This document shows positions 28,601-42,200 of a stretch of 64,000 nucleotides of DNA, in pieces. Each line of letters starts with the position of its first letter. Positions within the stretch are counted from its first letter, which is position 1. Under the pieces are notes generated by a model that was not told the origin of the DNA, searched no databases, and was given only the letters and a program-made list of their open reading frames with translations. The stretch lies in contig NC_135657.1 in the NCBI RefSeq assembly GCF_964188315.1, forward strand, positions 34,162,001-34,226,000, read 5' to 3'. Both the position numbers and the translations under genes were made by a program. The DNA comes from Podarcis muralis. Lineage: Eukaryota.

Positions 28601-29011
28601 GCAGATAACATGCAAAATGGCAATATTGATTCTTTGCAGATATACCTGATAAGCTTTGACTGCTTCCTTCATCCTCGCCAGCTCTGGTGAGCCTTCTTGA
28701 ACGGTGAGAACACACTCACAGTTTTCTCTGCATATGAAATTAAAGGGAGTGTGGGACAAAAACAGCATATATTGATAAAGCCATATTTTGGAACTACGAG
28801 TAGTTATCATGGTCACTGTCTGTTGGCTGTTTCAGGTTATACTGATGTTTAAGAGTATAGACTATCTCCTTGTTATCTGTGCTATAAAGTACACATTTTT
28901 TCTTTGTTTTTGGGTTTCCCTTTTATTTTTATATTTTTAGGATGTTGTAAACTGCTTAGAGATTGTATTTGAAATAAGATGATAGATGATAGATGATAGA
29001 TGATAGATAGA

Positions 29012-29043
<32 letters not shown>

Positions 29044-32000
29044 TAGATAGATAGATAAGGAAATGTAGAAAGTAGAAAGTCACTGAAAATCAGAATTGGA
29101 AACATAAAAGAAATCAGAATTATAGAAGTGATGGTAGGGGATTATACTGGATCCAAGGACTCAAATACAATTTTAATGTTTCACTTTTGCCATCACAAGA
29201 AACCAAGGATATCCAGAGTGATTACTACTACTCTAATTAGGGGCGGGGGGAAAAGCAACCGAGAAACTTATAGGACCTTAAAGACTAATTTACCATAGAA
29301 TAAGGGTTTTGAGGACTGCAGTCCACTTCATCGGATGCTAAGGAATGAAGACAGACTAAATATAATCTATTTATTCTACATCTGTGTTTTGTTTCCCAAG
29401 GAAATCTGCTAAATCGTGACTTGGTAGGGAAAACACAACCTGCACAATATGACATATTGAGGCTACCACACATGGCTTGTTATGACAGATCCTGCTGGCT
29501 TGTAATTAGCTTTCTCAAAATGCCTAATACAAAGGCATTTCAGAAAGTTTTCCTATATTTGTGCCATCATGGGCTTTTGTCTCATTTTAGCCGATTAAGA
29601 ATTTGCAGTCCGAGAGATGCTTCCATTTCAAGCCCTTCCTCTGTGCTAGAGTAAAGCCATCCCTAGACATACCATTATACTGGGATCTCACCTAACATCC
29701 AGTGAGCAGATCACTTGCTCACCATCCACCACTGTACATTTAAAGCACATGGCTGCTCCGAAAGAATGCTGGGAATTGCAGTTCTGTGAGGGGTAAACTA
29801 CAGCTCCTAGGATTCACTGGGGGAAGCCATGTGCTTTAAGTACCCGGTGGTGTGGATGCCATGCAGAATGACCCAGATATACTTGGATGACATGGATACC
29901 AAAGCTGGCTTACACTGCTAAATGAGCAGGACAGGGCAATCTGCTATCCAGAAACAGTTGTCTCAGAGGAAGAAGGTCCATTGCATTCACAAGATTCACC
30001 AAAGCTTTCGGCACCTGGTGGGAAAGGAAGCACTAAGTTATAGGAGACAACAGTGTGTGAAAAACACAGGACTTGCGTCGTTTCTATGTCAAAGCAGCTA
30101 TCGAGCCTGATTCATGGCTCATCTTGTTTGACCCAGTTTCCCCCATATCCCTACCCTTCCGCATGGAAGCTTTCCAGGAAGATTAGATAATGGTGATTAA
30201 CGTTAATGTGAGTGTGTCATGGTCACCTACAGAATATAGTTGGTGACAGTAATTAGTGATATAGTGGCACAAGTCCACCCCCCCCTACCCAGTCACATTA
30301 TATTACTCATTCAGGCACATGGCTCCCTTGTGGCTTTGCAATAATGCTTGTAGGATGTCCTTCTATAGTCACTGAAACATCCCTTTGGAGAGTTTTATAC
30401 CATAGCTAAAGGCTTCCCTGCACAATCAAGCACAGAATACTCCAAGTGTATATTATCCTTTCCAGACATTTTCTAAATAAATCATGTGAAGACCTAGGAC
30501 CTGATTATTATTATTATTGCTATTTGAATTTATATACCCCCCTATACCCGGGGGTCTCAGGTCAGTTCACAGAATAAAATCAATATATAAAATCACAGAA
30601 TACATAATAAAAATAAAAACAACAACCCAATAGCCCCCGCCCCCAAAAGAGCACATTTTAAAAGGGCATAGGATGTAAATCAGATCAACCAAAAGCCTGG
30701 TTAAAAAGGAATGTAATTGCCTGGCACCTAAGGGTGTATAATGAAGGCGCCAGGTGAACTTCCCTGGGGAGAGCATTCCCACAGATGGGGAGCCACTGCA
30801 GAGAAGGCCCATTCTCGTATTTTCACCCTCCATACCTCTCGAGGAGGAGGCAAATGAAGAAGGGCCTCAGAAGATTATCTCAGGGTCCTGGCAGGCAGTG
30901 GCATAGCAAGGTCAGGTGGTACCGAGTGCGAAAAATTTCTTCTCACCCCCCCCCCACTGATTTTTTTGGCCTGCAAAAATGGTTTAACTTTATTTCATTT
31001 TTTTTGGGAAGCCAGAGATTGCGTGCCTTGCTGAGGGACCTTTTTGGCACCTTGGAGGTGACACCCAGGGCAGACCGCATCTACCACACCCACCTGCTGG
31101 TAGGTTCATATGGGAAAAATGGGATAACATGGAATAGGCAGGGAGAAGAGGGAGCATTTTGCCACATATTACTAGACATATTCTATGTGCTATTTGAAGG
31201 GATCCCATGACACCTATTTAACTGAATCCTACATAGCAATAGTAGATTTGTATGTGCATTATTTGAGTCCATGTATAGGAAGGGGGGGACGCGGGTGGCG
31301 CTGTGGGTTAAACTACAGACTTGCCGATCAGAAGGTCGGCGGTTCAAATCCCCGCAATGGGGTGAGCTCCCGTTGCTCAGTCCCAGCTCCTGCCAACCTA
31401 GCAGTTCAAAAGCATGTCAAAGTGCAAGTAGATAAATAGGTACCGCTCCGGCGGAAGGTAAATGGCGTTTCTGTGCGTTGCTCTGGTTCACCAGAAGCGG
31501 CTTAGTTATGCTGGCCACATGACCCGGAAGCTGTACGCCGGCTCCTTCGGACAATAAAGCGAGATGAGCGCTGCAACCCCAGAGTCGGCCACGACTGGAC
31601 CTAATGGTCAGGGGTCCCTTTACCTTTACCTATAGGAAGGGGAGAATTGCATTTCTCCACCAACCAAGCAATACCACTTTAGTACTGAGAAATTGTATGG
31701 ATGTGGTAGAATGTGACCTCACTAGAGGTTGGGTGGGTAGTAAGAAATTGTGGTCAGCCTCAGACCATTTCAAGTGATGGGTCTGAAAATCTCCTTAAAA
31801 ACCACCACTGTGTGATTATGTAGCAACATCCTAAAATAAAATGAAAAGATGCTCTCCAGGCAGCAGCCACCTACCTCTGCATGAAGAAGGTCAAGTGCTT
31901 TTTGAACACGGCTTGAAAAGTTTACAGCTGAATAGTGATCCTGATACAAGTAGGAGACAGAAAGAGAGAGTTACTAGTCCTAAAAAAGGTAAAAGTGACC

Positions 32001-35000
32001 TTTGCAAATATTATAAAGACACGAGATTAATCATGCAAGTCACTCCTTACTGGGAAACATAACATGGAATTCATGATGTAGCTTAAAAAAAAAAAATGAT
32101 GCTAGTGAATTTTTGCATCCCAATTAAGAGTTACAATGAACAAATGAAACCTTTCCCAATTAATTAATTAATTAATTAATTAATTAATTAATTAAATGTG
32201 TATACCACTCTTCATTCATAGATCTCAGGGTGGTTCACAACAAAAAAATACAAGATAAAAAACACAAAATACAAGATGCTCTGAACCTGGCTGTCTCGAT
32301 CATTGTGGACAGGACAATAATTATAATGTTTTTGCATAATCTGACATCTGCACAATCCGGGACCCCTGAAGACTAGATGTTTCCCTGCCTATGGAATGTC
32401 ACATCCTTCAGCTCTTATGAGAGGGATAGAAATAACATACTGAATATTCTTAAGACAGCGAAGGAGTCAGAAAGTAGAGAATGAAATGGATGTTCAGTGG
32501 TCTACAAATTTCCAACATGATCTGTTTGTACAGCAAATGCACCATTAAGTCTCCAATGCTTTCTTTCATCTCAAAGAAACAAACCCTACAGGGAGGTCAC
32601 ATTTGGAACATCTTGTGGTTGGGGAAGCAAAGCAGACCACCCTCTTTTCATAACCATCTTTAACCAGCATCCCAAGAGTTGATTTGATACCTGCAGCTAC
32701 ATCTTCAACTTCAAAAAAGCTATGGGGACTCCCTAAAATTTGAATTTCCTTCGTCTAATAGTTCTGACACTCAGGTTGTGGGCTGCTAAGGCTGTTCAGA
32801 ATTTTTTTCTGTGTGGCTAGTCTAGGGCTTTTGTAATATTAAGCAGCCAAAATGAACCACACGGAAGTGTGGCGTTTATCAACTTGTGTCCTTAGAAAAC
32901 ACTGCAAACTGTGGCCAGAGCAGGTAAGAGAGTCAATCTCCTTCCAGCTTCCACTTAAAGTCATTTTTTCAAACCCAGAATGATACTTTAGGCAGCACAA
33001 CTACCTTTGCTCTGGTGCTAATAATAGCTAGAGTCTCCACCCAAGCCATCTAGGCTGCATTAGGGTCTCCAGGCTTTGAGATTTCATCTTTTACCATCAC
33101 AAAGGAAAGCCTTTACTGATTCCCTGAAAACCACTGTTTTGGCTTTCATCCAGCATCTCAGTGCTTTGAGAACATCCCCATAACTCACCATGTCTTTGCA
33201 ATAGTTGCACAGATCATGGACTCCAATGAATACAGTTATGACCTTCCAGTCTGTGTCAAAATTGATTCTCTAAGCAAAGAAAAAGAATGCACGTGTTACC
33301 ACTGCTGACTTATTCACACAGGTATATAATGCATGGTTGCCAACCGACATGAAGCAATTATCGGCAACCCTTCATAGAATGTGACAAGTAAGCAAGTTTC
33401 TTGAATGTTGTCAACCTACCGAGTCATTTTTCATTAATTTCACAAGGTGCTTTACTTGGTCTGGTAATTTCCTAGGAAAGAGGGGACAAGGTAAAATGAC
33501 ACAGGGCATGTATTTGATGCCTGGATATATCTGTAGACTCATCCTTAGAAACAGGTATGTACAATGAGAAGTGGCTATTCCCATTTTACCAAGAGAGAAC
33601 TGCAGTCCCAGAAAGGGAAACGACTTGCCTAATCTAACCTGGCAAATCATTGGCTAAAATGGAATTTGGGTTTCCTGAGACCCAGGGGGGCACTTTAAGA
33701 CTATATTGTCTTTGTTTACAACTGGACTGGGAAAACAGGACCAAGGAAAAATGAGTCATCCATGAAAATGCCTGATGACTCATTTCTAACAGCAAGGGAG
33801 CCCCAGTCCTAAATTAGTCCTCTGGCAGTCCTGGACCACAAGAAGGGAGAGCAGGAGCCTTGAAGGTGCTCCTCAAAAGTTAGCATGTGGACAGCATCTG
33901 GACAGTTTATGCAAAGGTGTCCTCTTTCTTTGCCCTCTTCTTTTGTCCTATGTTTCCACCCTTTTGGTCCCCATAAGCAGAGATTCTGACTTCCGCTGGG
34001 GTACTTTAGTGAAAACACACAAAAGCAGAAAGAACATTTGAAATTTCCTTTCAAAACCTTAATCGAAACCAGGAATGAACTAGTGATGGCGGCCTCCAAG
34101 CGAAAACTGCTCCTTCTTTGAGTTACTTTTTTTCAACTCCTAGTTTTGCTCTGTAGTCCCTGACTGAAACAAGTGCATGAAAAAGTAGTCTGCAAAAAAA
34201 ACAAAAAACCACCACCAACAACAACCCAGAAGACTAATGGAAACGTTAGGCTTTTAAGGAAGCTCCAGGGCTTGGAAGGAGCTGAAACACATTTCATTTC
34301 TTTCCCATGATTAAGCTTGTGTGACATTTCAAATGCTACTTTGGGTTCTTGGTTTTGATTTACATTCTTCGACAATGAAAATGAAAATAAAAAATGGTTT
34401 CATATCAGCAGAGAGGAATAGTCGGATTAGGTAAGGTAATTCCTTTCTTCCTTTTGTTGCTGTATGGTATTCCAGGAACCATATCAAGTTTACTTTATCT
34501 CTGCCAGATAAGGCTGTAAATACTATGTGGTAGAAATGACTTCTAATATGTGTGTCTTTGAGAGTTCAGGGACATCACCATAGTATCTGAGCACATAAAG
34601 ACAATAAATGAGACCATGGGAAAGGGGAGCACCTGCCTTCTCTCACTGTACTAAATATGAACCATATGGATAAATATCTATGAAAGCAACTTCCTTCATG
34701 TTTTCACAGAATGACTGCAAGACAAAGAAGCTGGGTAATACTTAGGACTCACCTCCTTTCTATCAAGGCCTAGTTAGGCTGGGGTCACATCCATGCTGCA
34801 TATTTAAAGCAGCTTTAATTGGTACCACTTTAACAGACATGGTTTCCCTTGAGAGTCCTCATGGAGTTACAGTACAAAAGCACACCAGTGCAAGTAGATA
34901 AATAGGTACCACTGTGGCGGGAAGGTAAACAGCGTTTCTGTGTGCTCTGGCTCCCATCGCGGTGTTCCATTGTGCCAGAAGCGGCTTAGTCATGCTGGCC

Positions 35001-36204
35001 ACCTGACCTGGAAAGCTGTCTGTGGACAAACACCGGCTCCCTCGGCCTGAAAGTGAGATGAGCGCTGCAACCCCAGAGTCGCCTTTGACTGGACTTAACT
35101 GTCCAGGGGTCCTTTACTTTTTTACCTTTACAGTTCCCTTAGCAAACTATAGTACCCAGAATTCTTCAGAGGAAGCCATGGATGTCAAAGTGATCTAAGT
35201 GAGTTAAACATGGGGTGTGGATGTGACCGGGGGGGGGCAGAGGGGCAGTGGCCCCAGGCACATTTTTTGGGGGTGCATTCTGCTCCTTGCTGCTCTGCCA
35301 GCCCTGTGCTGCTGCTGCCCACCCACAGCCCTTGGCAGGCACAAAAAGCATGCCCTGCTAGTCCAGTGCCACTTTGTGATGCTGCAGGGGCTGCGTGAGG
35401 ATGAAGCGACGGGCATGCGCCACACCGCCGCCACGAGCTGAACAATTTCCACATGACACTATGCCGTGGATAGACATACTCAGCTGGTGCTCTTGGAACT
35501 GCTTGGTTGAGAAAGGCAGTTGGCTTTCTTAGGTCTCCTGTGCCAGTCGAATATCCCGTGAGGTTAGCATTGAACTCACGGAGGATATCTGAAAGAAAGA
35601 AAATAATAACTTCGGTGGTTTAAAAAAACTCTTGTTTTCTTCTTGTTTTAATGTTGTTACCACTCTGAGCACTACTCTCGTAAGCAGAAAGCAGGACAGG
35701 TATTATTCTAGTAAATGAGCGAGTAACTTGGAAGTATATAGGTGAAATAATTGATGCGGAGTCAGGAACCTGAGAAGACCTTGGCTGGGTGGTTGGAGAA
35801 GACAACAGGATGACAAAGTAGGGGAAATGTTGGAGGATGTCAAGCCCTGGCGGAGTGGCAGGATGGCACCAGGCAGAATGGATTTAGGCTGGAGCCTAAC
35901 TCCATTCAGCTTAGTCATATGACCTGGCAACCTGGTGGAACTTATGGCGGCAAAAAGGGAGATGTAAGTAAACTGCATTTTAAAGGCTTGCTTTCCCTCT
36001 GCCAGGCTTAGGCCAGGTCAGCCGCAGTAGTCCCACTCCTGAAAGGAGTTTGGAATAGGGGTAATTTGTGCATGTTTAATTTAAGCCAACAGCTTCCTGT
36101 TCTTAGGATTGCTTTATAACTCTGGATCCAACCCCTTGACTTTTACTTACTGGGCAAAGTTGTTACATTCCTTAATGAAGCATCTCCTCCAATGCTGCAA
36201 TAAG

Positions 36205-36275
<71 letters not shown>

Positions 36276-39200
36276 GAGCCTCTTAGCCAAGTTTTAGCCA
36301 GTAAGAGGAACAATGACAAACACCAAAAGGTACATTTCATGCTTTTGCAAGGGGATAATGTGGAGAGGTGCCTGTGGGATTTTCTGCTTTGGGGCCAAAA
36401 TATCTTGACTAACCTTGTCGCTGAAGATTTTCAAAATTCAACATTCACAAGCTAGTCTCCCTATCAGAATAATTGTGGAGTTTCCTTTTGTTTACTTCCT
36501 ACCCCTTTTATTTAGGTGGGAGGCAGACTTCGGTCTTTCAAATTTCAGTGACACCCTGTGTGAGGCCCAAATTCGACACCCACCCCACCTCTTGCCTTCC
36601 CTTCTGCTCAATTCACTACATCATAGATGTGACACCCTGCAGTGCCCCCCTAGGCTCAGTGCCCAGTGTGGCAAAACCAGACACAATGCCCTAAAACTGC
36701 CTACTGTATATGGGAGGAAATATCCACAAATGCAAGTCAGTGGCTATTTGTGGAGCAAAATCACAAGGATAGTTACCTACCTCCAAGCCAGCCCCCAATA
36801 CTGCGTATTCATATCCATCAGGTCATTTGGTTTTGCTCCAATGCCATTACCAGCCTGCCTCAGAGAGACCAAAGAGATAGATGAAGTTGGTAACTCACGT
36901 ATTTTGTTTTGTTGTTGTTCATAATGAAAAATGTGCTTTTAAGGCTTCGGGCTCCTAGAACAAGGGCAGCTGACCCTTTTTGTCAGAGCCTCCATGGCAT
37001 TTTGAAAGCTCTATGTACACTGTGTTCCATCAACAGGATTTATGGCTGCATGAAGCCGGGTTTAGAAACATTATCAGCATGACTCGAGATAACTGGACAA
37101 TAAATGGGGCAATTAATCGAGATGTGGCACCCAATCAGGCCAATGAACTTTTACAACACCCTGTCCCATATTCACTCTGTACAGGATAATACAGAGAATG
37201 TGAAATGGAGTTGGTGCATGTGCGCAAATGACTGGCTGGATTATATGATAATTTGGCACTTTACATAATGTGGCATATGGGGGAAGAGTTTTGACTATTT
37301 TTAGGGTTTTTTTGTCCTGCCTAATGATAATCAGAATATTATAAAACACATAATAAAATACAATAAAACAGCAATGATATCAAAGAACCCCCAGAAAATA
37401 TCAGGTAGGAAAAACTTCAATAAAAACACCAGCTAAAAGTTATTTCAACACATTTACAATATAGGGGAATGGCCTATTTAAAGAAAACTTTATTGACCGG
37501 ACGGTGAAAGGTCTTTGAAGATGGGGCCAACTGGACACAGTCAGCCTTCATCTCCATCCTGGCTCCACCCCTCAGCTTGCACCTGATAGGGCAATTTCAA
37601 ACTTTGTGATGGCAGCTGGCCAAGGAGGCGTTCCAATGGCTGGTCACCATGGTGAAGTCATTTTGCCCTCTGGGGTGTGAGGGGTTTCCACACTGGGCTG
37701 CAACTGCCAGAAAAAGGTATTTGAAGCTGGACCTCAACTGGCAAGGAGTTCTAAAGCCTTGGAACCAGGGCCAGATTTAGGTTTGATGAGGGCCTAAGCG
37801 ACTGAAGGTAATGGGGCCCTTTATATGTCCAGCTGTCCTTTGTCAACAGCAAATTGTCACTGTTTTTTGTGTTGAATATATGCTATATGGTATCCTATAT
37901 ATAGAAATGAGCAAACCAGTGATATTTTAGGGAGCAGGCTAGTAGCAGGTGGGGCCCATTACTTACATCATAGGAGCCTACACAACACAAAACACTGTTG
38001 CTGTATGTAGGATGCAACTTATTTTAGTTGTTTTTTATCTTATATTTTGGAAACGTACATCCAGTTTTCTTTTCCTTTAAAACAATTTTGGGCCCCCAAG
38101 AGAGTGGTGCTCTAAGCTATAGCTTGTTTAGTTTATATGTAAATCTGGCACTGCTTGGAACCATCACCAAGAACTCTGGCTAGCTACGTGGATGATTGGG
38201 AATAAGGGAATCTATGTGCGGAGCGGTGCATGCAGCCATCTTACATATAAATGTGGTGGCCACTATCTCCCATCAGTGATGACACCCCCCCCCCCCGGCT
38301 GTAGCAAATGTTCCATCTGCTTAGCATGCTAAAGTATTCTACATGCCACAAGCCAGTATGTAAGCCAAATACCCTCCTCCGTCTAAGCAAGCAAACTGTG
38401 ATGCAGCTCGCTTTGGGGGATGGCAAAAGGAGCAATGTTTCTTACAGTCAAGGAATCCCCCAGGGCAGCAATTACTTGCACGTCAGCTGGTTTCAAGCTA
38501 TGCACTATAAGGAAAAAGAAAGAAAGAAAAAGATGTGGTTAAATTTGCAACAGGAAGGAGAATTATGTTAATCATAGGATGTGAATTAGTGAATGTTTAT
38601 ACTCCAGTGCTGAGAGACATCAAACGTGCTCTGATTCACAAAATTTAGCAGTTTTGTATAAAATAAAACAATGGCCGTGTAGGGCAAGATAGAAACATAC
38701 TGATCAATCTATCAGTGAAGAGGCTGAATGCCTAAGCTACCATTAAGGATTTTGATTATCAAAAGATCCAAAGGATAGGATCGGGCCGTTTAATTCTGTT
38801 CGGCACTGAATCTTTGTACAACACAAGGAGTTGGTGTTCCATATATATCTGGCACTCCTATGCATTATAAGATACCAGCTCTATAAGTGGAACAATGTTA
38901 AAAATACTACAGCACCGGAATATAATTCTAAAATGGTTAAGCATGCACCAAAGGGTTATAATATTGATATGGGTGCTCTAAACTTTTTCAAGTTGGTGGG
39001 AGGTTTAGGGGATACCCATTTTAAGTAGTGCTGGGACAAAGTATTCAGCCCATATGGATTTTAATTCTTTTGTGGGTGGGGTAACCAGGGCACCAGGACT
39101 GATCTCCTACCCCAGTATAGGATAGGCAACATGGTGCCCTCCAGTACAACTCCCAACAGAGCCAGCCAGCTTGGCCCATGGTCAGGGAAGATGGAAGTTA

Positions 39201-42200
39201 TCATCTTAAGGGTGCCATCTTGGCTAACCCTGAACTGCACTAATTCTTAATAATGATTTAGATTGAGGAGAGAACTCTGAAGTGTTACCGCGCTTCTCAT
39301 CCTGCTCTTATTTTATGCCCATTTAACATCTGAAGGTTCACAGGTTTCTAGGAAAGAGTGAAAATGGGTTGGGTTTATTTTGCATCTGGTGGTCAAAACA
39401 CAGGACAGGAAGTTTACCTCACAGGAGACCTGTATTCCAACACAAAGCAAGCCAAGCTTCATGTAGGATGAAATGTCAACTATGAGTTGGAGAGGATGCA
39501 ACTTCTAATAGTATTTAAGGGGATGTCAAGCTTCATTTACTACTAGCAGCATTATAAAAGTATAGCCAAATCCTGAAATGTATATGAGGCCTTGAAGTTG
39601 CAACGAATTATTTACAGCAAGTCAGCCTGCAAATTACCTGAAAGGATGATTCCTTCTAACTAGCTGAGCAAGCAAGCTGATGAACTAGCTGAGCAAGCGT
39701 CACATCATCATATTTTGGCAAGTTATGCAAACAAATTGCAGAAAGAGAGGAGCTGTTCTAACACACCGCAGGGTCAGGAAGACAAAGAGACCTGTGGCAC
39801 CTTAAAGACTAACTCAGGGATCACCACCATAGGGCTCTTGTGGACTGTGAGTCCCATCTGCTCTAGTCAGTTTGGCCAGTGGTCAGAGATGGTAGGAATT
39901 GTAGTCCAAAACATCTGGAAGGTACAACATTGGCTACCCCTGTGCAGCAAATACCCTCATTGCAAAAAATGCTTTTGTAAATAAGAACCTACTTCAGCAG
40001 CTGTGCAAATGCATGAAGTAGGATTTTTAAAAAACAAATTTTTATTGGTTTTTAAACTAATACAAATACAATAACGATTAAACACTTATCCAGCAGTACA
40101 GCTAATGATGTTTGTTTTATCCGCTGTCTCTAGACATACACTTACACATTCAACGTTCAAACATATTACCTTACGTAACCCCTCCACTGAGAATATTGAG
40201 TGGTTGGTATAACCAGCTCTTGATTTGGGCCATTAACATAATTAAAAAATGGGGCCCACGTTACTTTAAGAAAGAAGGTGTCTCTATTCGTTATGCCTTT
40301 AATTGCCCTCTTGTGTCTGGTGCATAGCTGTTAACTTTTCCCTTTTCTTGCAAGGAATCCTATTCGGAATAAGGGAATTTCCCTTAAAAAAAGGGAAACG
40401 TTGACAGCTATGGTCTGGTGAGATGCTCAGACATTGCTGTATCCCAGATACTACTTTCCCATAAGTTCAGGGGTATTTCAGTCTGGCTCTTCCATTGCTG
40501 AGCTATTTGCTAATCATTTTGCTTTCAAAAGCAAATAAATTAGACTGCAATCCTAGATGCACTTCTCTGGGAGCAAGTCCTATGGAACTTAGTGAAAGTT
40601 ACTTCCACATAAGCACACAAAGGATCATGCTGCTTACCTTTAAGGCACAACGTTACCCCTATTCGCTATTTATACGAAGGGCACTCAGGGCCTGGGCTTC
40701 TAGTCCTAGCCATGACATTGCAGCTTCATTGCTATGTGTTGAGCACAGACCTGGAAAAGAAGCCACTTGAACAAGCAGCTGCTTGCCTGTAGGGCTCCAT
40801 TCAAGCAAGACACCCACAAATTTGGGTGGAGCCCCTGTGTGTGAGCAGCTGCCTGCACGAAGGAAACCCTTTTCAGATCCATGTGCTCAACTCACAAAGC
40901 TTGAGTGCTGCATGGCAAGAGAGATGTAACACCAGGGACAGAGTAGAAGCAGAGTCCCACTCCTGTTGTAAATGCTTAAACAGGGCTTCTATCTTTTGTG
41001 CAAACCAAGTATTTCTCCTTGCCTTAAAGAATACCATTCCACTGAACGCAGTACAGTGGTATCTTGGGTTAAGAACTTAATTCATTCTGGAGGTCCGTTC
41101 TTAACCTGAAACTGTTCTTAACCATATGCACCACTTTAGCTAATGGGGCCTCCCGCTACCACCGCGTGATTTCTGTTCTCATCCTGAAGCAAAGTTCTTA
41201 ACCTGAAGCACTATTTCTGGGTTTGTGGCGTCTGTAACCTGAAGCGTATGTAACCTGAGGTACCACTGTACAGTGATGGACTTTCACTTGGCTGGCTTTG
41301 ATGTCAAGCATCTTAGTTTACCTGAAGTAGGGAAGTCGATGGATGGAGCTCTATCCTCACACAGCATCTGGCTTCCATAATCTGCAGTGGTCTCACTGGT
41401 GTAGGTATAGTTGCTGTTTCGGTATGTCATTAAGTATGGTTGGGCCTATGAAACAGGGATAACCCAAGTCAAAATAAAGACATTGTCCTAGTGAGCAGAG
41501 ATAGCTATGTCTACGAAGCTGCTACAGTGGAGGAGGAAGTTTTATATTGCTGTAAACTGCTGTGTATATACAGCAGCATATAAATATTTTTATAAATAAA
41601 TAAACCAATGTACATAAGAAGGCAGGAAGGTGGGGATTGGCTGAGGTTGGTGGGGCAGTGCACCCTCAAAAATGGACCAACCTCTGCTGTTCAGGCCTGT
41701 CTGGAAAACAGCATATGCTCTTCCTCCATCAAAACTAGAACGTCCCCTTCCCAACTCCATCAGTTTGTGACAGCATCCTACTGTTTGTGTGAATTAAGCC
41801 ACTGCTGCATGTGCTCCACCAGAGAACTAGCTGCCTGGTGTGCTTCCTTCCCACTTTGTGAATTTCTGCAGTTCATAGGCCCCAGAGTAGAAACAAGATG
41901 GCGGCGATGCTAGTTTGTCTCTTCAACAGACAGAGCAAGCAAGGAAGGAAAAACACACCTATCAAATGATGCTGGGCATCAGCTAGTTAATAAGAGCAAC
42001 ACTGTTACATATTCCTGAGAAGATTCGCTTTACCTGATCTGGACATTTGAGGGTTATCATCATTTCAAGCGCTTGCAGTTTTGACTTCTCCCCAAGGGGC
42101 TCTAGCTGTATCAAAGAAGAAGAAGAGTCAGCATGGGATGAGGAATAAAACAGGCAGGGAGGGGGGAGTCAGTCACTATAAGCTGCATAACCTTCGGGGG

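Noticed and set aside
39622-39711. Possible C/D-box snoRNA on the PLB1 strand (ATGATGA...CTGA, 90 nt apart) with GGTAATTTGC complementary to GCAAAUUACC as recalled from 18S rRNA
   Set aside because: No terminal stem, three unpaired bases between the 10-nt match and the D box, an internal tandem duplication, and about 1.2 kb from the acceptor; best explained by chance. An Infernal/snoscan search would settle it.
41895-41905. Perfect YY1-type motif AAGATGGCGGC (a similar AAGATGGCG near 46929)
   Set aside because: Isolated motif with no CpG island or other promoter context; expected occasionally by chance
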